From Schmidtea polychroa (Eukaryota): a stretch of DNA of 64,000 nucleotides. Made by a program: the position numbers and the translations under genes. Location: the NCBI GenBank assembly GCA_044892525.1, contig CM097887.1, forward strand, positions 18,786,001-18,850,000, given 5' to 3'. The notes under the pieces are model-generated. The model did not search any database. It had not been told where the DNA came from and was given only the letters and a program-made list of their open reading frames with translations. How positions within the stretch are numbered: the first letter of the stretch is position 1; each line of letters begins with the position of its first letter. Of the stretch, positions 12,641 to 22,298 are shown piece after piece.

Positions 12641-14140
12641 TGTTGTCAGTTGATTTTCTAGTGGGTAAACACCCAGAGTACGCATAGGTTGATGACATAG
12701 GAAATCCCTCTTGATAAATAATCCGTTTTTCTTTTCCTGTAAAAATGTCTAATATTGATTAACGAATGGTGGCGAAAAGTGATGATTTTCTAAATTTGAT
12801 CTACCCATTTAGTGTTATTATTCTTCTTAGCTAGCAGACATGTTACCCACTGCAAAAACCGTCCTCAGACCCTGTTTTTCTTGTTCCGACAAGAACGCGA
12901 TAATCAAGGACCTGCAGACCCAGATCGGACGGTACAAAAAGAGGATAGACGAGTTAGAGGGGACATGGTTTAGTCCCTCCCAGATGAAAGAGACCCAAAA
13001 GAAATTACACCGAAGTGAACATTGCCGGGACGCTCTAATCTCCGAGAGTCGTGCCCAAAGAAGTTTGATCAAGGAGCAGTCCGAGGCGCTGCATAAAGTG
13101 TACATCCAGGCCGCGGCAACTAGAAGGATAGTGAAAATTCCCATCGGTGAAGCCGACAATCTCTTTCCGGCCCACCATGATACTTCTGCCAAATCGTCGC
13201 TCCCTTCGAAAAAACCTTGCCGGCCGTGCGTAGAAACGCAACTCTCGCCAGAGCAACTGGAGGTGGTTTTTGTTGGAAATAGTCGGGTACTGCCTAACGT
13301 CGCCTCTACATCGGCGGTAGCCCCAAACAATTCATCGACCAACAAGCCAAAGCGTCGGCAGCTTTCAAGGGCTGAACGCAAAAGGAAACAGCGTGAGCGA
13401 ATAGCTGCGAAGCAGCCCAAGCAACTGCCGGACCTCGGGAGTAATGTCAATAACGTCCCTGCTGTAATTGACCTAACAGCAAGAACACCTGGGCGGATCA
13501 TATCTGCCGCTGGGGTGACGTGGGAGGAAAACGCCTCCGAATTCTTCAATTTGGACGAGTTACTCGCCGACTCCGAGTGGGAAAAATGAGGATTTTCCCG
13601 TGAGATGACCTCATCCGTCGGAGAGTCCTGAATCAACTAACATCGTTTCCTGTCCTTGTGTTTTCTCTTATTCTAATTCTAATGTATAAAGTACGACGCG
13701 CCTGTATTGCAATGTTTGAAATAAACAATTTTTGTCTGTATACGGGTTTTGATTTTCGTTCATAAGGGATTTAACATTGAGTGGTAAATAGCATTGAGGT
13801 TTTTGAGATTCGAGGAGTACTGTTCAATTTGCAATCCAAACCAAGGGTACGGCGACAGGGTGACAGAATGTGTAGACGTAAGTCCTTCTATCGGCAGTCA
13901 GGGTTAGGAAGTCGGGGTCTCAGTGAGGAGTAGTCCGAAGGTGGCTCACCTGCTCACTGGCACCTCGCCATCATAGCACAGTTCCAACGTGAAGCAATTC
14001 ACGGGTGCTATGTTGGAGTATAGGTTATGTACGGGCCCTGCTCGGGGTGACACAGTAATGACAGGTATAATCGTAACGGGCGTTCATCCCCTAGGCTAGA
14101 AAGTTGAACTAAGGGTGGTCAACCGTGTAGTGCCCCAACA
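12641..14140 (+). mobile_element. 5' LTR (1500 bp)
   Basis: TGTTG...CAACA termini, TATAAA at 13685 and AATAAA at 13720. It is followed after 7 nt by the PBS. Confidence 0.85.
12840..13589 (+). CDS. Intact 249-aa ORF inside LTR U3 (CxxC, coiled coil, basic NLS-like tract, VIDLT SIM-like motif, acidic/aromatic C-terminus)
   Basis: ATG-initiated open frame upstream of the LTR TATA box. Related peptide tails occur in LTRs at 3-122 and about 29360-29517. Confidence 0.7.
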   Translation: MLPTAKTVLRPCFSCSDKNAIIKDLQTQIGRYKKRIDELEGTWFSPSQMKETQKKLHRSEHCRDALISESRAQRSLIKEQSEALHKVYIQAAATRRIVKIPIGEADNLFPAHHDTSAKSSLPSKKPCRPCVETQLSPEQLEVVFVGNSRVLPNVASTSAVAPNNSSTNKPKRRQLSRAERKRKQRERIAAKQPKQLPDLGSNVNNVPAVIDLTARTPGRIISAAGVTWEENASEFFNLDELLADSEWEK

Positions 14141-14147
14141 TAATTTT

Positions 14148-14165
14148 TGGGGGCTCAGCCGGGAT
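14148..14165 (+). promoter_or_regulatory. Primer-binding site complementary to the tRNA-Pro 3' end
   Basis: TGGGGGCTCAGCCGGGAT matches the classical tRNA-Pro PBS TGGGGGCTCGTCCGGGAT at 16 of 18 positions. Confidence 0.85.
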
Positions 14166-14471
14166 CTAGATTGAAATTTCCATTGACTAGTGCGAACTTG
14201 ACTGGGATTTATTATTGAAATTTTGTCGAATAGTGTGAATTCACCGGGATTAGTGATTTTAATTAACTGGCGAATGCAAATTGACTAATGCTTATCGAAT
14301 CTTATTAGAAAATCACGATTAGAAAATAATAAAATTAAAGATATAAATAAAGTAACTTTAATAATGGAGAAATAAGATAAAAGTAAGATAAAGTATAACG
14401 ATTTAAAAGGAAAATGTTTGATGAAACAACCACTAATTAGTTATGTATGACTAAAACATTTTTTTATAGAC

Positions 14472-14957
14472 ATGAAGGAATTCGTGGACCAGATACAACA
14501 ACTAATCAACTTCATAAACATCGAGAATGACTCCTTTAAAACGCTGACACAAAAGAGAGAAAGAATTAACATCATACTACTCCAAGCAATCGGGCAAACA
14601 CCAGTCGTCCCCAACCACATGTTATTAGCCGCAGGACTAAGTCACCCAGATGGGAAGATAAACCCTGAAACCGTGTATCAATGGTATCAAGAGAGATTGA
14701 ACCACCCAGCATTAAATCTTGATTATCAACGTATAAAAGATCCATTAAGTACCATATCAGATACAATCGAGCGAAAAATACAAGAAAAACTGACCCTACT
14801 ACGAACTTGTCTTGCTTGTAAACTTCGTCCTATTCGCGTACTGTTCTTGCCGTGTGGACACCTCAGTCACTGCGAAGAATGTGTGAACAACTTAAAACGA
14901 TGCCCGATATGTAAGCATGAGATAAAAGAAACTCATATGGTTTATTATGGTGAATGA
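14472..14957 (+). CDS. 161-aa protein with C-terminal IAP/MDM2-type C3HC4 RING finger (putative E3 ligase)
   Basis: CLACKLRPIRVLFLPCGHLSHCEECVNNLKRCPICKHEI at the C-terminus. A splice-acceptor-like TTTTTTTATAG lies just before the ATG. No BIR repeat is visible. Confidence 0.9.
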   Translation: MKEFVDQIQQLINFINIENDSFKTLTQKRERINIILLQAIGQTPVVPNHMLLAAGLSHPDGKINPETVYQWYQERLNHPALNLDYQRIKDPLSTISDTIERKIQEKLTLLRTCLACKLRPIRVLFLPCGHLSHCEECVNNLKRCPICKHEIKETHMVYYGE

Positions 14958-15519
14958 ATAGTTAAAGATACAATAACATTTATGAACATTGAATTAATAC
15001 GGGCGATTGAATGAGAATAAGTGTAATTGATGTGTGAAATTTTATTAAAGCTTCAATTTTATTTTTATGACGAATAAAATTTTGTTACGAACTGAGTAAT
15101 TTATGGCTTTTAATTCTATTTTATAATTTTTTTTGAATCAAACGAAAAGAAAATCAAACTAATGTGGAATTAGTCCCAATATAGGCTGTAAGGGTACAAA
15201 CCGAGCCACCTTCGGGCGGTACGTTCTATCATACGAAAAAAACCAATTGGGAGGGGATAACCGATCAATCTAAGTAAGAAGCGTAGGGCGGGGTACCATC
15301 GCAAATGATGAAAAGTTTCTGCGGTGTGACTGATCACCATGCCAATGTGGAAATGGATCATCGCGATCGTCGTGCGTTTTGAGCAAGGGGGGAAAGGGGA
15401 AACACTCTCAAGCGGTAAAGATCAGGTCGAAAAATTAAAAGTAGAGACAGAGAAAATGATAATTCAGGGTAAAAGAGGAAAAGAGAAGTAGAAGCATGCA
15501 GAGTGAGGAATATTAAAGC

Positions 15520-15967
15520 CGAGCTGTTGAATAGTCCAGCCGGTCAAGGAAAATGAAAACTGAGCTGTGAAAAGTCCAGCCAGTTCGGAGAGATTAAGAT
15601 CGAGTTGTTGAATAGTCCAACCGATCAGAAGGAAGAAGATTGAGCTGTTGAATAGTGCCAGCCAGTCGTAAGATCGAGTTGTTGAATAGTCCAACCGATC
15701 AGAAGGAAGAAGATTGAGCTGTTGAATAGTGCCAGCCAGTCGTAAGATCGAGTTGTTGAATAGTCCAACCGATCAGAAGGAAGAAGATTGAGCTGTTGAA
15801 TAGTGCCAGCCAGTCGTAAGATCGAGTTGTTGAATAGTCCAACCGATCAGAAGGAAGAAGATTGAGCTGTTGAATAGTGCCAGCCAGTCGTAAGATCGGG
15901 TTGTTGAATAGTCCAACCGATCAGAAGGAAGAAGATTGAGCTGTTGAATAGTGCCAGCCAGTCGTAA
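15520..15967. repeat. Tandem array of five 74-bp units (40+34-bp dimer) plus diverged leading subunits
   Basis: Units start at 15601, 15675, 15749, 15823 and 15897 and are almost identical. Both subunits share the core GAG(T/C)TGTTGAATAGT(G)CCA(A/G)CC. Confidence 0.95.
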
Positions 15968-17292
15968 AGGCCTAGAAAACCAAGAGATAGCAGTTAAGCT
16001 AAAATGAGATAATATTTAAATTAATAGTGAAATGGAATATTAAAGCTAGCTAGAAACAAATTGAATGTAATTACGAAAATTTGAGTTTAGAGAGGAAATA
16101 AACGAGCTCGTGGAAAAGATGATAGGATTATAATGAAAAAAGAAGGGGAAGAAGGAAATGAATTAAAGAGATAATGGATAATAAAGAATAGGTGAAATGA
16201 TGATAATGAGTAGAAGAGGAAAGTAACTAACTAATTAAAGGGATCCCAGTGAAGTAGAGAAACTCTACGGAATAATTTTTTTGGGTAAACCGGAAAAATG
16301 CATTTTTATTGGTTCCAGAGTAGAACCGAGTGGGATAATAGTAAATATGAAAAGTAAAATAGCGGCAACAGCGCAAAAGGAATAAGAAAACGAAGGGGGG
16401 TAATAAGCAGAGACCGACAACGACCTATTTATATTATAATTGATAGCGAATAGATAATTATTACGACTTTATAGATAATTGTTACTACCCCATATAGATA
16501 ATTTAAAATCGACGAAAAATACGGGCTGATGGGAAATTATAACCCGCGGAAAGGATTTCACAAAAGATAGGGGAAGCACAAACAGAAACCTAAAAGGTGT
16601 CTGTGTTTGAATGTTGCAGAAAGAATGATGAAGTCGTGTAAGCAGATGCAACACGAGATCATTTTTTCATTTTAGATATCAAATCAAGCCAGCCAATCAA
16701 GCCAATCCAGAACCTGCACAAAAGGAATTCGAGGAAATCGACAATCGACCAAGAATAAATCCATTCAGAACCCGCACCAAGAAACCCAGCAACCGGAAGA
16801 CTCCAGAACGGAAGAAGATACAGATAGCGACATCTCCAACTTCGAACAAATCACCGATATATTCAGCCTCATAGTATTAGCAGCCATCTGCCAAGGACTA
16901 GCAAATCTCCTCAGAATCTCAGTAGCAGATTCATACAGAATACTTTTCGAAGGAAACGCAATCAGATCCGAACTCGTCCGGTTCAGTAGCCGCTAATTAC
17001 AAAGAAGCGTAAGAAAGGAATCACGGATAAACCCAATCTTAGATCGTCAAGTAAGACAAGAGACGTATTATTTTCAGGAGACGAATTACAACAACTCAAA
17101 AGAGGACGATCTATTAAACATCAAAGAGGAATATCACAAGGAGCAAGAAGAACCAACCAAACAACCGTATTTGACCAAGAAAATCTCGAATACACCCCTA
17201 GTCGATCTCAAAGCAGAGAAAGTCTGTCCGACATCACTAATAGTTTAGCAACGTCAACCGAAGAACTATCAGCCCAAAGTTTAGTCACATCA

Positions 17293-18657
17293 TTGGATAA
17301 GTTAAAAGAAACAGACGAATCTAGAACACCAATCATGACGAATGTCGTAAAAACCGACGAGTATAAAGAAAAGTTCCGAGGAGAACCGTTCAATGGAAAT
17401 GCAAACAAGTTAGCAACGTTTATAACTAATTTTGAAGTTTATATCACGGTGTGTGGATGGATACCCGAAGCAATTAGCAAAAGGATGCCGTTGTTTTTGT
17501 GCGATAGCGCATTAGAAGTATATTTAGAAGCTAAAGAGAGAGATACGAAATTAGAGAAGTGGGAAGATATCAAAACATTCTTGAAGAAAACCTTCGGAGC
17601 CAGTAAGCCAATCAACCAGGCGTTGGGCGAACTAGCAAATAGGAAACAAAGAGCGAACGAATCGATAACATTATATGCCAGTGAATTAAGAAGATTGGCG
17701 AAGAAAGCAATGAATGGGAAATTACCCGAGGAAAATCTGATTGGCTATTTCATAGAGGGATTACGCCGAGAGGAGGTAAGAGCCTCAGTAGGTTGTCAAA
17801 TGTGCAAAACGTTAGAGGAAGCCATAGACTGGGCTACAAGATGCGAGCTCCACCTTCCAGCTCAAATGAATATTATGCAAGAGGATGGGAGGATAGCGAC
17901 AGCAATAGCGAAAGCGGATAACGGAGATAACAACAATCAGGAACCGAAAATGAATCAATTTATACCAGGAGCGCATCAAATTTTCAAACCACCACAAGGA
18001 CGATCAAATGGGAATAATGGTAATCGTAACAACTTGAATAATGAGAACAATTTTAATAATCGACGAAATATGAACGATAACAAGCAGTGCCGAACATGTG
18101 GTAAACCAGGACACTGGGACAGAGATTGTTATAGAAACGCAAATTGTAATCGTTGCGGACGGCGTGGACATACGGAAAATAGATGCCAGTTGAGAGGTTG
18201 TTTTAACTGTGGTCAGCCAGGTCACATCTCCAGAGACTGCCGAGAAAGGGACCAACCACAACGACCACCACAACGAAATACTAATTACATGTCGAATCCG
18301 CAACGACAAAGCAACCCTAGTGAAGGAAAACAAATGAACGTTATGCAGGAAATCTCACAAATGAAACAGATGATGCAACAGATGATGAGACCAAGACAAG
18401 AACCAGCACCACAACAAACCCAGAATATACGTATGATGAGGAGTACCGAAAATCTCAATAGTTATGAAGTACATCAACATGTACAAGAATGGCAAAGACT
18501 ACAGGCCGAGGAAGAGAGGATAAAACAAGAACGCAACCAACAACGACAAGAACAACCATTGCGAATAAATATGATGAAGTTAGTAAATGACATGAAAAGC
18601 CAGTACTGCTACAATTACGGGAAAAACCTAAGGGTAGTACCCATGACTGAACCATAG
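17293..18657 (+). CDS. gag: Gag: retrotransposon capsid domain plus three CCHC zinc knuckles
   Basis: PFNG...FITNFE...W...L.DSALEVY...WEDIKTFLKKTF, QRANESITLYASEL and FIEGL capsid motifs. Knuckles are CRTCGKPGHWDRDC, CNRCGRRGHTENRC and CFNCGQPGHISRDC. Confidence 0.95.
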   Translation: MDKLKETDESRTPIMTNVVKTDEYKEKFRGEPFNGNANKLATFITNFEVYITVCGWIPEAISKRMPLFLCDSALEVYLEAKERDTKLEKWEDIKTFLKKTFGASKPINQALGELANRKQRANESITLYASELRRLAKKAMNGKLPEENLIGYFIEGLRREEVRASVGCQMCKTLEEAIDWATRCELHLPAQMNIMQEDGRIATAIAKADNGDNNNQEPKMNQFIPGAHQIFKPPQGRSNGNNGNRNNLNNENNFNNRRNMNDNKQCRTCGKPGHWDRDCYRNANCNRCGRRGHTENRCQLRGCFNCGQPGHISRDCRERDQPQRPPQRNTNYMSNPQRQSNPSEGKQMNVMQEISQMKQMMQQMMRPRQEPAPQQTQNIRMMRSTENLNSYEVHQHVQEWQRLQAEEERIKQERNQQRQEQPLRINMMKLVNDMKSQYCYNYGKNLRVVPMTEP

Positions 18658-19290
18658 AAGGTAAAAGAAACGACAACGGAAATGAAAACAGAGAATTCAA
18701 CCACGATCTTAAACGGGAACCAGAGAATTCAGAAAATATTCTGGAAAAAGATAAAAGATAAAATCGAAAAAGAATATAATAAAGCGAAAACCGAGACAGA
18801 AGAGGAAAATAACAAGAGCAAGGAACAAGCCAGTCAACCAAACCGCCAAATGCTACAGGAACGGGAATCTGAGGAAACAACGATATTCGAAAATAGAAAA
18901 CTAAAGAGGGTACCTAGGATGAGAAATTTGCGAATCAACATGATGAAAAGGACAAAAGGTACGTCGTCCTCAGACGAAGACTATGTGAGCAGTTTGGGTG
19001 GAGAAATACTCGAAATCGAAGAGGAAGAAGGCGAAAGCGAAATAACCAGCGGAAGTGAAGACGAGGATATAGAAATAAAGTTGAGAAAAGAGAGGGAGGA
19101 AGCGATAAAACAAGTAGCTGAAATACTCCCAGTAGTAGTGAGGAACCAAGAGTTCATCGATATAATACCATTCAGACGATTCGTGCAAAAAGTGATGAAA
19201 TTGGGAAGAAACGAGAAAGATTTAATACCAAACGAGGAAAAATCAATTATAAAAAATTATATGGAAAAAATGAAGCAGGCCGATACCACG

Positions 19291-19512
19291 CGGTATGTAA
19301 TAAAAATCGGAACGAGTAGAGGACTTGAAAGAATGTGGATTAAAAATACAGTCACCGACGAACTTTTCGATTGGATACGAGAACATTTGGGAAGTTCGAG
19401 AAAGAAAGAATATCTGTATCAATACCAAGGAGAACAGATCAAACCAGATATGCACTTAGTGGATGCACTAATATGGCCAGGAGAAACGCAAATACTGAAG
19501 TTGCACAAAGAA
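19291..19512 (+). other. Ubiquitin/SUMO-like domain 1 in polyprotein
   Basis: RYVIKIGTSRGLERMWIKNTVTDELFDWIREHLG...YLYQYQGEQIKPDMHLVDALIWPGETQILKLH follows the beta-grasp pattern. Confidence 0.5.
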
Positions 19513-19808
19513 AAACAACCAGCAAACCTGTACGATTGGGCTAAAGATGCCAAGGCGAATATGATTTTAATATCAAATTGAAGTTAGAACAAATAAAGCA
19601 ATGTACTCTGAGACGAAACCTGGACAAGCTGATCAAACAAATTCAAGAACAAGTGGAAGACAACTGGGATTTACTCATCACCAGACGAGCCCCAGCCATG
19701 TACGAACTAATGAGCCGGTTGCGAGATACAGAATTGCTCCGAATGAGTGATTGGAGAACCATAAATTTGATCCACAAATATGGAAGGTTAAAAGAAACCC
19801 AGCCGCAG

Positions 19809-20063
19809 AGGTTGGAAATAACCATATGGTTACCGAACGAAGAGAAACGACGAATAAAAATGAGCAATCAGAGTACAGTGGATGATTTGGTATCAAAGAT
19901 AAACCAAGAAATAACGGAAAAGGTACGTAGCGAAAGTAGTGATGGTATGGTGGATGATGTAGTCATGATGTACGATAAAATAATATTACGAGCGGAAGAC
20001 GACACCTCGTTGAGCGAAATGGGTATGTGGGACGATCATCAGATAATCAGGATAGTACCAATG
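19809..20063 (+). other. Ubiquitin-like domain 2 in polyprotein
   Basis: LEITIWLPNEEKRRIKMSNQSTVDDLVSKINQEI...VVMMYDKIILRAEDDTSLSEMGMWDDHQIIRIV parallels the ubiquitin pattern TIxxVKxKI...LIFxGKxLxDxxTLxDxxI. Confidence 0.65.
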
Positions 20064-20756
20064 GATGAATTTCGAACAAGAGACGTAACGTATCAAAAAG
20101 AAATACGAGACCGGATGAAAACGTTATATCAAAAATCTACAGAAATAATTGAAATTCACCAACGATGGTTAAAAGAAAAGGAACTACGAGGAAAAATCAC
20201 GAAACTAAGCACCAGATCCTGCAGACGAACCCCGTGGGAAAGAGTGTGGGATATAGAAAATAAGGAATGGGAAATCCGGAAAGGAATCTTCGTAGAAACA
20301 GACATTGGGGAGACAGAAAGTGAATCGGAGGAAGAAGAAGAGGAACCCCCAGAATATGAAGAGGAAGCAAGGGGACAGATCTCAGATGACGAAAGCGAGA
20401 CGGATGTCACGTCAGAAAGCGAAAATGAAGCGAGACATATTCATGCAATGCGGAAAAAGGAACGTGAATATGCCGATATGGACGGCGAGGAAGCGACAGA
20501 AGCAAGAGAACGAGAAGAGAAAGAAAGATATAAACAATTAGGCGATATCTTAGCAATGGGAGCGAAAAATCAAAAACGTCAGGTAGTAGCATTGGCTAAT
20601 ATCATCTTAAAGACATCAGAAAATATCCACAATCTGAGAGAAATGGCGAAAGTAATAGAGGAATACCGGCAATATAATGAATGGTATCCAGAACAGCTAG
20701 AACAAATTATTCGAAAATGGAGAAATCAAGAGTGGGCACAAGACACCCAGGAGAGG

Positions 20757-20960
20757 TATCACATCCGAATCAAGTATCCGGACAAGAGCATTGAAGAACT
20801 AGAAGTACATCCAACAACGAAAATTAGAGAATTAAAAAAGAAATTAGCATATGAAACTCCATTCCATCTGCAACTATTCGGAAAATCACTAGACGATAAT
20901 GTAGACGTCGGAATAACACCCATGAGATTAGAAGAGACTACTGTGCTAACAGTGGCGGAA
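20757..20960 (+). other. Ubiquitin-like domain 3 in polyprotein
   Basis: YHIRIKYPDKSIEELEVHPTTKIRELKKKL...LQLFGKSLDDN aligns with ubiquitin LEVEPSDTIENVKAKI...LIFAGKQLEDG. Confidence 0.7.
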
Positions 20961-21587
20961 ACGTTGGGAAAACCGTTGAAAAGGAAAAGCAAAATTAATA
21001 AACCAACAAAAGGTAGTTTGAGTACTCCAAGTCCAAACCAAGCCCCAAGTAAATCTAATGAAACTGAAGAAGTTGAAGAGATTATCCTCGAAGATAGTGA
21101 CGACGAACCAGGAGAAAGATCACCGCTATTAGTGAGATGGCCAACAGGAGCCGAAATATGGACCAACAACCAACCATCAACAAGTTATCAACAACCAACG
21201 AAACTGAACATCAAGGAAATCGTCGACAATACTACAGAAACCGAAACGGATGAACGATTCCAGAAGCAAAGAGAACCAACAAAAATAACACCGGAAGGTC
21301 AAACTGATAAAATAATAGATGAGTGGAATGAGTGGCTGAGAAATAACGATAGCTCATTACCCAGAACAGATAACGAAAGAAATCCGAATTACGAAAATAC
21401 CAGAGAAGCTGGAACGATGATGGAAAAACGGGCAAAAGGAAGACCTAAGAAACAAAGAGAGAAATCTGAGTTCAAAACCAAGGAACAAGTAAAACAAGAA
21501 CAAGGACAAGTTCGATTGGAAAAGTTAGATAAAATAGTATGGGATCTAAAAGAAGCTCAACCAACGATCGAAAGAGGAGAAAAATGA

Positions 21588-21975
21588 ATACGAGAATTGA
21601 TCAAAGATATGTTAATAATAACAAATCCACAACTTAGACGCTTGTGGCAACGGAAAGTAGCCAGTGTAGAAGCTAGACAATTATGGCACATCGTATCGGG
21701 GATAATCCCAAAGCTAATCAAAGAAAAAACGAAAACTACCAAAACGGATTGGGATGAAACCAAGAGAGTGATTGAACAGCTCACGACAAATGCAAATGAT
21801 GACGAACATCATCTAGTAGTAATCACTTAATTGATGTATAATTTGATGGGATTAGCTGCAAGGAAAATACCTAATAAACAGTTCGCAAATCACGTAGAAA
21901 TGACCGTGTCAATCATAGAAAACACTATTGAACCCCATATTATCCGTGCCGGAGGATGGAAAAGACTTATACAAA
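21588..21975 (+). other. Bcl-2-like domain (one in-frame stop)
   Basis: BH2-like IEPHIIRAGGWKRL (cf. Bcl-xL LEPWIQENGGWDTF). Helix spacing from RVIEQL to GGW is within one residue of Bcl-xL QVVNEL...GGW. The NWGR of BH1 is not conserved. Confidence 0.65.
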
Positions 21976-22081
21976 CGCCACGAAAAAATGAGCAAGAAAG
22001 GTCGATGCAAGTTAGATTGAAAAAGCTGTTAAATGAACTAGAATGGGAACTACCGATGAAAGATCCAGCAAGCAGAAAAGC

Positions 22082-22298
22082 ATCAATAAATTCGTTAGTG
22101 ATGACTATGATGATATGGATGTTGTGCACAAGTGGAGCAACGGGTTTTACCATCTACGATTGTGATAATATGATAATGAGAGATAAATACTCATTGAGAG
22201 ATATAGAAGAATGCAGACAAGCATCACCCAACAAATTGGACATAGTAAAAACAAAAGTTACCTACCATGTATATCAAGAATCAGATTTCATCACCTGA
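22082..22298 (+). other. Signal-like hydrophobic segment and start of env-like glycoprotein
   Basis: SINSLVMTMMIWMLCTSGATG followed by FTIYDCDNMIMRDKYSLRDIEEC. This YDC...SL.D..EC pattern opens env-like ORFs of several invertebrate gypsy elements. Confidence 0.55.

Larger units (their letters stand above)
12641..22298 (+). mobile_element. Giant Ty3/gypsy-like LTR retroelement, 3'-truncated (no pol or 3' LTR in this copy)
   Basis: LTR, PBS, RING ORF, tandem array and Gag-containing polyprotein are all on the + strand. Coding sequence stops abruptly at about 22298. Confidence 0.85.
16990..22298 (+). pseudogene. Retroelement polyprotein (Gag - 3x Ubl - Bcl-2-like - env-like), interrupted
   Basis: ORFs 17293-18657 and 18682-19581 share one frame (TAG at 18655). 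One frameshift falls near 19578. ORFs 19578-21587, 21597-21830 and 21831-22298 share one frame (TGA 21585, TAA 21828). The frame is open upstream to about 16990. Confidence 0.85.

Noticed and set aside
12827-13636. 269-aa antisense ORF overlapping the LTR ORF
   Set aside because: It has no recognisable motifs and is plausibly a shadow frame of the GC-richer + strand ORF. It starts at a non-ATG codon.
15520-15967. CRISPR-like repeat/spacer look
   Set aside because: The spacers are not unique (two alternate), the context is a eukaryotic retroelement, and there are no cas genes.
19555-19581. Programmed -1 frameshift between polyprotein ORFs
   Set aside because: No canonical X XXY YYZ slippery heptamer in frame. 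A single-base lesion is more likely, given three other stops.
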